A DNA stretch of 64,000 nt from Gemmatimonadota bacterium (GTDB lineage: Bacteria; Gemmatimonadota; Gemmatimonadetes; Gemmatimonadales; GWC2-71-9): contig JBDHAB010000004.1 of the NCBI GenBank assembly GCA_039588295.1, forward strand, positions 64,001-128,000. Direction: 5' to 3'. Of this stretch, positions 52,137-61,085 are shown in pieces. The notes beneath the pieces are model-generated. The model worked only from the letters and a program-made list of their open reading frames with translations, was not told where the DNA came from and did no database searches. A program made the position numbers and the translations under genes. Within the stretch, counting starts at the first letter, position 1, and each line of letters begins with the position of its first letter.

Positions 52137-52951
52137 TGGCGGAACAGGACGAGGTGATCGCACAGGAATCCTCCCGGTCGGGTCACGGAGCGGTGGATCG
52201 ACGGGCGTTCCTGAACGAGATGCTTGCAGCGTGCGCCGGCGGTGCACCGCTCCTCTTGGGGGTTCTGCGGTTGCCCGTTGCGGGAGCGCAAGGTCAAGCC
52301 GGTGCGGCGTACGAGCCGTCAGAGCACTTGTACGGGATGGGGATCGACATTCAGAAATGCATCGGGTGTGCGCGGTGCGTGGTCGCGTGCAAGACCGAAA
52401 ACGATGTACCGCAGGAGCCCCACTTCTTCAATACCTGGATCGAGCGATACGTGCTTCGCGGTGAGCGTGAGGTGGAGGTCGACAGTCCCAACGGGGGCAT
52501 CGACGGATTTCCGCCGCTCGAAAGCCCGGCGGAAATCCGCCGGTCGTTCTTCGTGCCCAAGCTCTGCAACCACTGTGCGAACCCTCCGTGCGTACAAGTG
52601 TGTCCGGTTGGCGCGACGTTCATCACGGAAGACGGGGTGGTGCTCGTCGACGACGAGTACTGCATCGGATGCCGGTATTGCATCCAGGCCTGCCCCTATG
52701 GCGCCCGGTACATGCATCCCGAGAAGCACGTGGCGGCCAAGTGCACGTTTTGTTATCACCGGCTCGTTGACGGTCTCGTGCCTGCGTGCGTCGAGGTGTG
52801 CCCCACCGGGGCGCGCGTGTTCGGAGAGCTCAACGACACGCCGACGCCGCTCGCGCGGTTCATGCGGTTCAACGACCTCCAGGTGCTCAAGCACCATCTG
52901 AACACCAAACCCAAGGCGTACTATGCGAATCTCGACGTCGAGGTGAGCTGA
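52136..52951 (+). CDS. NrfC/DmsB-like 4x[4Fe-4S] protein, Tat signal
   Basis: DRRAFL plus CIGCARCVVAC, CNHCANPPCVQVCP, CIGCRYCIQACP and KCTFC..PACVEVCP. Confidence 0.93.
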   Translation: MAEQDEVIAQESSRSGHGAVDRRAFLNEMLAACAGGAPLLLGVLRLPVAGAQGQAGAAYEPSEHLYGMGIDIQKCIGCARCVVACKTENDVPQEPHFFNTWIERYVLRGEREVEVDSPNGGIDGFPPLESPAEIRRSFFVPKLCNHCANPPCVQVCPVGATFITEDGVVLVDDEYCIGCRYCIQACPYGARYMHPEKHVAAKCTFCYHRLVDGLVPACVEVCPTGARVFGELNDTPTPLARFMRFNDLQVLKHHLNTKPKAYYANLDVEVS

Positions 52952-52953
52952 CG

Positions 52954-54162
52954 GTGCAGGGATACATCTACCCGAACGAACTCGAGCACCAGTGGGGCCT
53001 GCTGATCGTTCTGTACCCGTATTTGACGGGCCTCGTGGCGGGAGCGTTCATTCTCGCGTCGTTGGAGCGGGTGTTCAATGTCAAGGAGGTGCAGCCCACC
53101 TACCGCCTGTCGCTGCTCACGGCGCTCGCGTTCCTCGTGGTGGCGCCGCTTCCGCTCCTGGCCCACCTCGGGCATCCGGAGCGCTCCTTCGAGATCTTCC
53201 TCACGCCGAATCGCCAGTCGGCCATGGCCATGTTCGGGTTCGTGTACGCCTGGTATCTCATGGTCGTGCTGCTCCTGGAGATCTGGTTCGACTACCGGAA
53301 GGACATGGTCCTCTGGGCGCGGAGCGAGCGGGGGTGGAAACGGTGGCTGCACTACGGCCTCACACTGGGAGCGACGGACCTATCGGACAAATCACTCCGG
53401 TTCGATGAGTCCGTCGGGCGCTGGATCACCATCATCGGGATCCCGTCGGCGTTTCTGCTGCACGGCTACGTGGGGTTCATCTTCGGGTCGATCAAGGCGA
53501 ATCCGTGGTGGAGCAGCGTACTGATGCCGGTGGTATTCCTCTTCTCGGCCATCGTCTCGGGCATCGCCTTGGTGCTCGTGCTCTACGTGCTCACTACGCT
53601 GTTCCGGTGGCGCCCGGTCGACATGAAGTGCCTCGACAAGCTCGCGCAGTTCTTGTTCTACGCCCTCGTGGTCGACTTTGCGCTGGAATCATTGGATTTC
53701 ATTCATCGACTGTATGAGGCGGAGGAGTCGATCGAGATCTTGTCACAGATGATGCAGCATCGCCTCACGATTAGCCTAATCGTGCTCCAAGTCCTCATGG
53801 GCACGGTGATTCCGCTGGTGACGCTGGCCCTCATCTCTCCGGGCCTTCGCAAGCACGGCTTCGTCAAGCTGCCGCCGGAGCTGCGACAGCTGATCTACCT
53901 CGTGGCGGCCGTATTGATTCAGATTGGCATCTTCTCGATTCGCTGGAACGTTGTGATCGGCGGTCAGCTGTTCTCGAAGAGCTTGAAGGGCTTGACGGTC
54001 TACCGGGCCGACGTGTTCGGCGTCGAGGGCCTGGTGATGACGATCGGCTTGCTGTGCCTGCCGTTCGTCATCCTGTGGGTTTTGGTCAAGATCCTGCCAC
54101 CGTGGACGGACACGCAGCCCGAAGCGGCCTCCGTGAACGAGGGGTCGCCTGCGGGTACCTGA
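52954..54162 (+). CDS. NrfD/PsrC-family membrane quinone-interacting subunit
   Basis: WGLLIVLYPYLTGLVAG, HLGHPER and RWNVVIGGQ, with many TM helices. Confidence 0.92.
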   Translation: MQGYIYPNELEHQWGLLIVLYPYLTGLVAGAFILASLERVFNVKEVQPTYRLSLLTALAFLVVAPLPLLAHLGHPERSFEIFLTPNRQSAMAMFGFVYAWYLMVVLLLEIWFDYRKDMVLWARSERGWKRWLHYGLTLGATDLSDKSLRFDESVGRWITIIGIPSAFLLHGYVGFIFGSIKANPWWSSVLMPVVFLFSAIVSGIALVLVLYVLTTLFRWRPVDMKCLDKLAQFLFYALVVDFALESLDFIHRLYEAEESIEILSQMMQHRLTISLIVLQVLMGTVIPLVTLALISPGLRKHGFVKLPPELRQLIYLVAAVLIQIGIFSIRWNVVIGGQLFSKSLKGLTVYRADVFGVEGLVMTIGLLCLPFVILWVLVKILPPWTDTQPEAASVNEGSPAGT

Positions 54163-54199
54163 GCACGAGGTGAGACACTCGACGACCTCGGCAGGATGA

Positions 54200-54494
54200 T
54201 GAGTGTTCCCGGCCGGTATTCGGGGCTCTCAACGTCCTCGCCGGTCTCGGCCCGGCGGGGCCACGTTCCACGGCAGCGGCGGTTTCGGGCCGTCCCGCTG
54301 TGCCGCTAGGCGGGGCCTGCGACCTGACCACCGTGGCCGATCTCGGCTCCAACGCCGGAGTCCTCGCTGCGTTATGGAATCATGTCGTTATCTTGGATGA
54401 CAATCCTGGCGCCGCGGCGGCGTGGTCGACGCTGAGCGGGCGTGAACCGGCGGTCTTGGCAGCACTCTTGAAGACCATGAGGGGAGGTCGTTGA
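54200..54494 (+). pseudogene. Possible decayed c-type cytochrome remnant
   Basis: One frame reads GATFHGSGG (CxxCH-like). A different frame reads VLAALWNH...WSTLSGRE.AVLAALL and ends overlapping the next start. Confidence 0.4.
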
Positions 54495-55771
54495 TGGCCG
54501 GATGGCGGATGCCCCGTGTGCTCGCCGTCATGATGCTTGGGGCAGCGACGCACTCATGGTCCGGCCAGGCGCATGCGCAGGAGCCGCCGACTGACAACTG
54601 CCTGAGTTGTCACAGTGTGTTGGACGACGAGCGCCTCTCCGCGCCAGCCAAGGCGTTCCCGGCCGACATTCATGCGGTGCGGGGGCTCGGCTGCTCTGCC
54701 TGTCACGGCGGCGACCCGGCTGCCGGGTTCGATGGCATGGATCCGGCGAAGGGGTTCCTCGGGCGGCCGGGACGGCGCCGTTCGGTGGATCTCTGTGGTC
54801 GCTGTCACTCCGACGCCGCATTCATGCGCCAATACAATCCGTCGCTTCGCGTCGATCAGGTGGCCGAGTATGTCACGTCGGTCCACGGCCGCCGGCTCGT
54901 GGAGCTGGGCGACACAGCGGTCGCGGTGTGTACAAACTGTCACCCGGCACACGCCATCACGCCACCCACCGACCCCGCGTCGAGCGTGAATCCGCTCAAC
55001 GTGGCGAATACCTGCGGGACGTGCCACTCCCAGGCCGACTACATGCAACCCTATGGTCTGGCGACGGACCAACAAGAGAAGTATCTGCGCAGCGTGCACT
55101 GGGAGGCGATGTCCGTGCGGCGGGATCTGTCGGCCCCGACGTGCAACGACTGCCATGGCAACCACGGAGCGGCACCTCCAGGAATCTCGTGGGTCGGCAA
55201 TGTGTGCGGGCAGTGCCACTCGGTGATGGCGGACTATTTTGCTCAGAGCCGGCATGCCAGCACCTTCGCCATGCTAGGCGTTCCAGGCTGCGCGACCTGC
55301 CACAACAATCACGAGATCCAGTGGGCCGGCGATACGCTGTTGGGACTCGGTGAAGGAGCGGTATGCGGCCGCTGCCACGCCGCTGGTGACGGAGGTGGCG
55401 AGACGGCGCGCGCGATGCGTACGCTGGTAGATTCGCTCCGGACCGCGTTCGATAGTGCCCACGCAAAGCTGCTGAAGGCCGAGCGGGCCGGAATGGAAGT
55501 GAGTCAGCCCCTGTTCGAGCTGGGTGGAGCGAACAACGCGTTGATCACAGCGCGCGCGTCGGTCCACTCGTTCGAAGTGCTGAACGTGAAAGAGCCAGTC
55601 GATGAGGGGTTGGCGATCACGGCCACGGCGCAGAGTCGGGGTGAGGAAGCGCTGGGTGAATTGCGGTTTCGCCGGGCCGGATTGGTGATCTCGGTGACGA
55701 TCATCCTCGCGCTCATCCTGGGCCTGTTGCTCAAGATTCGCGATATCGAACGGGCGAAGTCTACGACCTGA
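54494..55771 (+). CDS. Nonaheme cytochrome c, C-terminal TM anchor (paralog 1)
   Basis: 9 CxxCH, Sec signal peptide, helical stalk and C-terminal hydrophobic helix. Confidence 0.92.
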   Translation: MAGWRMPRVLAVMMLGAATHSWSGQAHAQEPPTDNCLSCHSVLDDERLSAPAKAFPADIHAVRGLGCSACHGGDPAAGFDGMDPAKGFLGRPGRRRSVDLCGRCHSDAAFMRQYNPSLRVDQVAEYVTSVHGRRLVELGDTAVAVCTNCHPAHAITPPTDPASSVNPLNVANTCGTCHSQADYMQPYGLATDQQEKYLRSVHWEAMSVRRDLSAPTCNDCHGNHGAAPPGISWVGNVCGQCHSVMADYFAQSRHASTFAMLGVPGCATCHNNHEIQWAGDTLLGLGEGAVCGRCHAAGDGGGETARAMRTLVDSLRTAFDSAHAKLLKAERAGMEVSQPLFELGGANNALITARASVHSFEVLNVKEPVDEGLAITATAQSRGEEALGELRFRRAGLVISVTIILALILGLLLKIRDIERAKSTT

Positions 55772-55788
55772 ACTCACGAGGCAACCCG

Positions 55789-56271
55789 ATGGTTGAGAAC
55801 CGGCCGGCCCCGGAGACGTCGCGCAGGCGCTTCATCGACTGGCTCCTCAGCAGAACGCTCACGACATGGCTGCTGAGCACGAGCGTTGGAGGCCTCTTGC
55901 TCGCGATTCTGTACCCGGCAGGCCGGTATCTCGTGCCGCCGCAGGCCGTGGAGTCGACGTCCGCCTCAGTGACGGTGCCCTTCACGCCGGAAGACTTGGA
56001 GCCGAACACGGGAGAGATCTTCAGATTCGGCAGTCGCGCGGGAATCCTCGTGCGGACGCCGACGGGCGAGCTCCGTGCGTTCTCCGCCGCGTGCACCCAC
56101 TTGGGTTGTATTGTCCAATACCGCCCGGACGTCGGCCACATCTGGTGTGCGTGCCACAATGGTCACTTTGACCTCAACGGCCGCAACATCCAAGGCCCGC
56201 CTCCGGCGCCGTTGGAGACCTACGCCGTCAATGTTCGCGGCGATCAGATTGTCGTGAGCAAGGGGAGCTGA
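55789..56271 (+). CDS. Rieske [2Fe-2S] protein of a Rieske/cytochrome b complex
   Basis: Tat motif SRRRFI, CTHLGC, CACH and GPPPAPL. Confidence 0.95.
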   Translation: MVENRPAPETSRRRFIDWLLSRTLTTWLLSTSVGGLLLAILYPAGRYLVPPQAVESTSASVTVPFTPEDLEPNTGEIFRFGSRAGILVRTPTGELRAFSAACTHLGCIVQYRPDVGHIWCACHNGHFDLNGRNIQGPPPAPLETYAVNVRGDQIVVSKGS

Positions 56272-56275
56272 GAAG

Positions 56276-57373
56276 ATGGCGTGGTGGGCTGGGTGGATGG
56301 CGCGCGGTGCGACCTGGCTGGACCAGCGTGTGGGACTCGCCGGCGTCATGATGCTTGCGAAGAAGAAAGACGTCCCGGTTCACCGCCACACGATTTGGTA
56401 CTACCTGGGTGGCATGACGCTTTTCCTCTTCGTCGTGCAGATCACCACCGGGATGCTGCTGCTGTTCTACTACCGGCCCAGCGCCGAAGAGGCCTACGAG
56501 TCCGTCCAGTTCCTGATGGCGACGGTGCAGTTTGGATGGCTGGTGCGGTCCATTCATTCGTGGTCGGCGAACCTGATGATCCTCACGGCGTTTCTGCATC
56601 TGTTCAGCGTGCTGCTCATGAAGGCGTACCGGCCGCCGCGGGAGTTGACGTGGTTCTCAGGCATTGGACTCCTTGGGCTCTCCATGGCGTTCGGATTTAC
56701 CGGGTACCTGCTGCCGTGGAATGAACTCGCGTACTTCGCAACGCGAGTCGGGACCGAGATCGTCGGGGCCGTGCCGTTCGTGGGAGATTTCCTGCTCCGC
56801 GTCGCGCGTGGCGGTGATGATGTGACCGGCGCAACGCTCACGCGGTTCTACGCGTTTCACGTCGCGGTGCTGCCTGGAGTGGCCTTCCTGTTCCTTGGTC
56901 TGCACTTGTTCCTCGTGCAGAAACAGGGGATGAGTGTTCCACCCAGCATCGAGCGTGGCGGCGGTGCCAACCGCGTCATGCCGTTCTTCCCGGATTTCCT
57001 GCTGCGCGATCTCGTGGGTTGGCTCACGGCGCTCGCGGTGCTTGCTGCGCTCGCCGCATTCCTCCCGGCCGAGCTGGGCGACAAGGCGGATCCGTTTGCA
57101 CCGGCGCCGGCGGGGATCAAGCCTGAGTGGTATTTCATGTTCATGTTTCAGACGTTGAAATACCTCCCGGGTCACATTCTCGGCATCGAAGGTGAAATCG
57201 TGGGGATACTCGGCTTTGGATTGGCTGGAGCACTTCTCTTGCTGATCCCGATCCTCGATCGCCACACCGCGCGGGGGCAACCGAGCAAGCTGTTTACCTG
57301 GATTGGCGTTGGCGTCATCGCGTACATGATCGTGCTGACCTATCTCGGCTACACGGCGAGTCCCACACAGTAG
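56276..57373 (+). CDS. Cytochrome b of a Rieske/cytochrome b complex, intact Qo motif
   Basis: Four heme His (RSIHSW..FLH; AFHV..GLH), GYLLPW and IKPEWY. Confidence 0.95.
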   Translation: MAWWAGWMARGATWLDQRVGLAGVMMLAKKKDVPVHRHTIWYYLGGMTLFLFVVQITTGMLLLFYYRPSAEEAYESVQFLMATVQFGWLVRSIHSWSANLMILTAFLHLFSVLLMKAYRPPRELTWFSGIGLLGLSMAFGFTGYLLPWNELAYFATRVGTEIVGAVPFVGDFLLRVARGGDDVTGATLTRFYAFHVAVLPGVAFLFLGLHLFLVQKQGMSVPPSIERGGGANRVMPFFPDFLLRDLVGWLTALAVLAALAAFLPAELGDKADPFAPAPAGIKPEWYFMFMFQTLKYLPGHILGIEGEIVGILGFGLAGALLLLIPILDRHTARGQPSKLFTWIGVGVIAYMIVLTYLGYTASPTQ

Positions 57374-57555
57374 TCCTCAAGTGAGCTGAGTAACGGGGTG
57401 TGGAAGACCGTGTCACTGTCCCGCCGTGGGCCCGAAGTAAGTACAGAGTGAAGGTCTCTTCAGAAACGGCCGCCTCTATTGCCGAGGCATCGGGCCGATC
57501 GTAATGTGTAGTCGATTCGTTCCGATTTTATATGCCTCCGAGGGGGGGTATGCCC

Positions 57556-59136
57556 ATGAGACATCGATTCGTCGGACGGGCACTGCCTGTGATGGTGGTG
57601 CTGGGATTCCTGATCGCGGGTGCCTGCACGGAGGAGACGATCTCCTTCCGTACACCGTTCAACGCGCCGCCAGACGACGTCAACGGATTCCTTGGCTATT
57701 TCTCTGCCGAGGATCGTCAGACGACGTGCGGCAACTGTCACGCGGACACCCAGGTGGAGTGGCGGGAGACGCATCACGCGCATGCGTGGAGCACGCTGCA
57801 GGCCTCCGGTAGCGCGCAGTCGTTCTGCGAGCCGTGTCATACGATCAGTGAGAACGGGAACGCGGTTGAGGGTTCGGCCGGGTATCCCGCACTCGTGTCC
57901 GACCCAACTGCGCCACTGGACAGCGCCGTGATCGCGGTCTATCACGACGTGCAATGTGAGAACTGCCATGGTCCCGGCATCGACCATGTCACCAATCCGT
58001 CCGCGATGCAGCCGCTCGCCTCGATCGCGGTCGCCACCGACGCCACGAACGGCTGCGGCGAATGTCACTCGGGAACCCATCATCCCTTTGTCGAGCAGTG
58101 GGAGGCCTCCGCGCACGGTACGGGCGGCAGCTTCACATATGCCGGGGGTCGTGCCAGCTGCAACCAGTGCCACAGCGCTCAAGGGGCGCTCGTGGAGCAG
58201 TTCGGTGAGAACGCTCGCTTCCTGGAGAAGGATGGCGACCCGCTGCCGATCGTGTGCATCGTGTGCCACGATCCGCATTCCGCGACCTTCAGCGGCCAAC
58301 TGCGGGCCCCGCTCTCAGGGTTCATTACCAACAATCTCTGTATCAAATGCCACAACCGACGAACGGTTCCCGGGGCGGGATCGCGCGGTCCCCACGCCGC
58401 ACAGGGGCCGCTGGTTCTGGGCCAAACCGTCGCGTGGTGGCCTCCAGGGTTCGACTGGCTCGAGGGCCTCACGGCGAGTCACGGTGATACCGACGTGAAC
58501 CCGAGGCTCTGCGGCACGTGTCATGTGGAGATGTTCGAGATCACCGACGCGGCCACGGGCGACTTCGTGTTCCAGAGCGTCGGACACCTGTTCGAAGCCA
58601 TTCCATGCGTGGACGCCCAGGGGATTCCGGTCGGTGGCGACTGCAGCAATGATCAGCGTCGGTTCGATGCCTGTGCCGGGTGCCATGGCTCTGCAGGTGC
58701 CGCGCGAGCCACCTTCGAAAGCTTCCAGGCCGAGCTGGATCTCCTCCTTCAGCAGATCTGGACGGACAGCGACGGCAACGAGATTCTCGACCCAACGGAC
58801 GCGGGGCTGCTCCCCCAGATCGTGGCCGCCGCGGGCGGGAAGGAGCTGGACCGCTCCGATACGCTGTTCACCTTCGCAGAGGGCGTGCTCTACAACGCAC
58901 AGATCGCGGCAACGCACAACGAAGAACAGTTCTTCAGCGGCGACGTCATCGTCGCGCCGGACGACACGGTCCACTTCTCGGCCCACCACACGGCCGGCAA
59001 CGGGGTGCACAACCCCGCGTTCCTCGAGGCGCTGCTGAAGGCGTCGATTCAGGGAGCAGCCGACTTTTACGGGATCGTGCTCCCGGCCGATTTGGACCTC
59101 ACGCTGCCGCCGCTGGCCGAGGCGCGACGGCCGTAG
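57556..59136 (+). CDS. Nonaheme cytochrome c lipoprotein
   Basis: Lipobox AGA-C, 9 CxxCH and C-terminal GVHNP. Confidence 0.9.
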   Translation: MRHRFVGRALPVMVVLGFLIAGACTEETISFRTPFNAPPDDVNGFLGYFSAEDRQTTCGNCHADTQVEWRETHHAHAWSTLQASGSAQSFCEPCHTISENGNAVEGSAGYPALVSDPTAPLDSAVIAVYHDVQCENCHGPGIDHVTNPSAMQPLASIAVATDATNGCGECHSGTHHPFVEQWEASAHGTGGSFTYAGGRASCNQCHSAQGALVEQFGENARFLEKDGDPLPIVCIVCHDPHSATFSGQLRAPLSGFITNNLCIKCHNRRTVPGAGSRGPHAAQGPLVLGQTVAWWPPGFDWLEGLTASHGDTDVNPRLCGTCHVEMFEITDAATGDFVFQSVGHLFEAIPCVDAQGIPVGGDCSNDQRRFDACAGCHGSAGAARATFESFQAELDLLLQQIWTDSDGNEILDPTDAGLLPQIVAAAGGKELDRSDTLFTFAEGVLYNAQIAATHNEEQFFSGDVIVAPDDTVHFSAHHTAGNGVHNPAFLEALLKASIQGAADFYGIVLPADLDLTLPPLAEARRP

Positions 59137-59197
59137 CGGCGAGGGAACGAGCCGCTGGCGAGACCCGTGCGCCGGCGGTTGCCCGAGTGGTGCCGTG

Positions 59198-59230
59198 CCG
59201 GCCCCGCCCTTTGCGAGGGGGCGGGGCCGG
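59198..59230 (+). terminator. Strong intercistronic hairpin
   Basis: CCGGCCCCGCCC/GGGCGGGGCCGG stem with no long U-run. Confidence 0.5.
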
Positions 59231-59308
59231 TTGCATAACAGGGCGTGGCATCACACTGTTCGGCCGTGGTTCGTCGAGTCAACGTCACCCAGTTCGAGCA
59301 GAGGGGTC

Positions 59309-59767
59309 ATGCAGGACACGAGTCAGGCGGAGCGGGAGAGCGGGGGAGTCGGCTTCAACGAGCTGCTCCTTGGCGCCGTCATCGTGCTGATGGTGGTGGG
59401 CATCGGGTTGGGCACGGCGCTCTACGTACTTCCGGGGGAGCATCTCGAGATTCCCGAGTTACAGCCTGCGGTTCGCGTCGTGCGGGAGGAGGATTTTCCG
59501 GTCGGGGCGAGCCGGCTCATTCGGTGGGGGGAGCGGGCCATTTTGGTGGTGCGACCCGCGCTCGATCGATACGTCGCGGTCGAAGGGACGTCGCCAAGCG
59601 ACGGATGTATTTTGCGGTGGGAAGAGGACGCGGTGAGGATCGTCTCGCCGTGCAGCTACGTCGTGTATGACTTGGATGGGAACGCCGTAGCGGGCCTGGC
59701 TACGGCTCCGCTCCAGGCATACTCCGTCTTCGTCCGGGACGGGATCGTCTACGTGGGAGGAGCGTAG
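59309..59767 (+). CDS. Rieske-fold protein lacking all four Fe-S ligands (pseudo-Rieske)
   Basis: Aligns to 55789-56271: CTHLGC->SPSDGC and CACH->SPCS. TM anchor present, no twin-arginine motif. Confidence 0.85.
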   Translation: MQDTSQAERESGGVGFNELLLGAVIVLMVVGIGLGTALYVLPGEHLEIPELQPAVRVVREEDFPVGASRLIRWGERAILVVRPALDRYVAVEGTSPSDGCILRWEEDAVRIVSPCSYVVYDLDGNAVAGLATAPLQAYSVFVRDGIVYVGGA

Positions 59768-59771
59768 CGTC

Positions 59772-61085
59772 ATGCGTCGGACCCTGAACGCGGTGCACGG
59801 CTGGCTCGTCGGTGTGTGGGAGGACATCAAGGCGAGCACCGACTCCAGCCTGCTCGGCATGGCGCGGTTCGTCGGCTTGCTCTACGGTCCGATCGATCGG
59901 AGTCTGCGGATCGATCTGGCCCTCCGCAAATCGCTGCGCTACCGGCTGGCGCCTCAGGTCGGATGGCGTCATGCCCCTGGGGGCGTGACGTACCTCCTGT
60001 TCATCGTGTTGGTGGTGACCGGCGTCTTGATGGCGGCGTACTACCGCCCCTCTGTGGAAGAGGCCTACCCCAGTGTTCAGCACATCGTCTCGGAGGCGCG
60101 CTTTGGCTGGCTGGTTCGCGATCTCCATTACTGGTGTGCGAATCTCATCGTGATTGCGGTTCTCGCGCACATGGCGCGGGTCTTCTTCGAGGCGGCCTAC
60201 AAGCCGCCGCGAGAGACGAACTGGCTCATTGGGCTCCTGCTCCTGTTCGTAGTCTTGGCGTTCGGAGCTACGGGGTACCTCCTCCCCTGGGACCAGTGGT
60301 CGTACTGGACGGTCACGGAGGTTCTGAACGCCGTGGCCCACATCCCACTGGTCGGAAGACCAATCGCGGACGCGGCGATGGGAGACGTGATTCCGTCCGG
60401 TGCCACGCTCAGCCGCTTCTTTGCCCTCCACGTGATCGTGCTGCCCTGGATTGCATTCGCACTCTTGGGCTATCACTTCACGCTCGTTCGCCGCCGCGGC
60501 ATCGCCCCGGCGATGGACAGCGAGGACGAGGCGGCTCGGTGGCGCAGCAGTGGAAAGCACGAGCCGGGGGAGAAGCCGCAGGGCGTGCCGTTCTTTCCCA
60601 CCCACCTCCTGCGATCGTTCTCCGTTGCCGTCCTGACGCTTGCGGTCGCCATCACGCTTGCCGTGCTGTTCCCGCGGGTATTGGCCGACCCCGCCGATCC
60701 GTATGCGCTCCCGGACGAACTGGTGTCGACCTGGGTGCCGGTTGACGTGTCGCTCGCTCTCATCCGACTCGCAGGGCCGTGGGGCTTCGCCCTGTTCACG
60801 CTGCTCGGAGTGAGTCTGGTGTTGATCCCGTTGCTCGACCGAGGGCCGGAACGCCGACTCCGACGGCGTCCGATCGTCGCCACGTTGGGCCTCACCTTCT
60901 TCGTGGGGTATCTGGCGCTGTGGATCGCTGGGCGCGCGATCGGTTCGGTCCCGCCGTCTGCCTCGCTGGGTGAGGCTGTCGAGGAACGGGCGGTCCCGGT
61001 CGGCTCGTCGGCCCGCCCGCCTCAGGTGCAGCCGGCACGGCCGGCCGCTGCCCCGGAGAATGCGGACGAAGGAGGTGGACGGTGA
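59772..61085 (+). CDS. Second cytochrome b: heme ligands kept, PEWY absent
   Basis: RDLHYW..LAH, ALHV..GYH and GYLLPW. The ef-loop reads PDELVSTWVPVDVS. Confidence 0.92.
   Translation: MRRTLNAVHGWLVGVWEDIKASTDSSLLGMARFVGLLYGPIDRSLRIDLALRKSLRYRLAPQVGWRHAPGGVTYLLFIVLVVTGVLMAAYYRPSVEEAYPSVQHIVSEARFGWLVRDLHYWCANLIVIAVLAHMARVFFEAAYKPPRETNWLIGLLLLFVVLAFGATGYLLPWDQWSYWTVTEVLNAVAHIPLVGRPIADAAMGDVIPSGATLSRFFALHVIVLPWIAFALLGYHFTLVRRRGIAPAMDSEDEAARWRSSGKHEPGEKPQGVPFFPTHLLRSFSVAVLTLAVAITLAVLFPRVLADPADPYALPDELVSTWVPVDVSLALIRLAGPWGFALFTLLGVSLVLIPLLDRGPERRLRRRPIVATLGLTFFVGYLALWIAGRAIGSVPPSASLGEAVEERAVPVGSSARPPQVQPARPAAAPENADEGGGR

Noticed and set aside
57374..57555. Possible c-di-GMP riboswitch before the lipoprotein cytochrome
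   Set aside because: No recognisable conserved core; this would need an Rfam scan.
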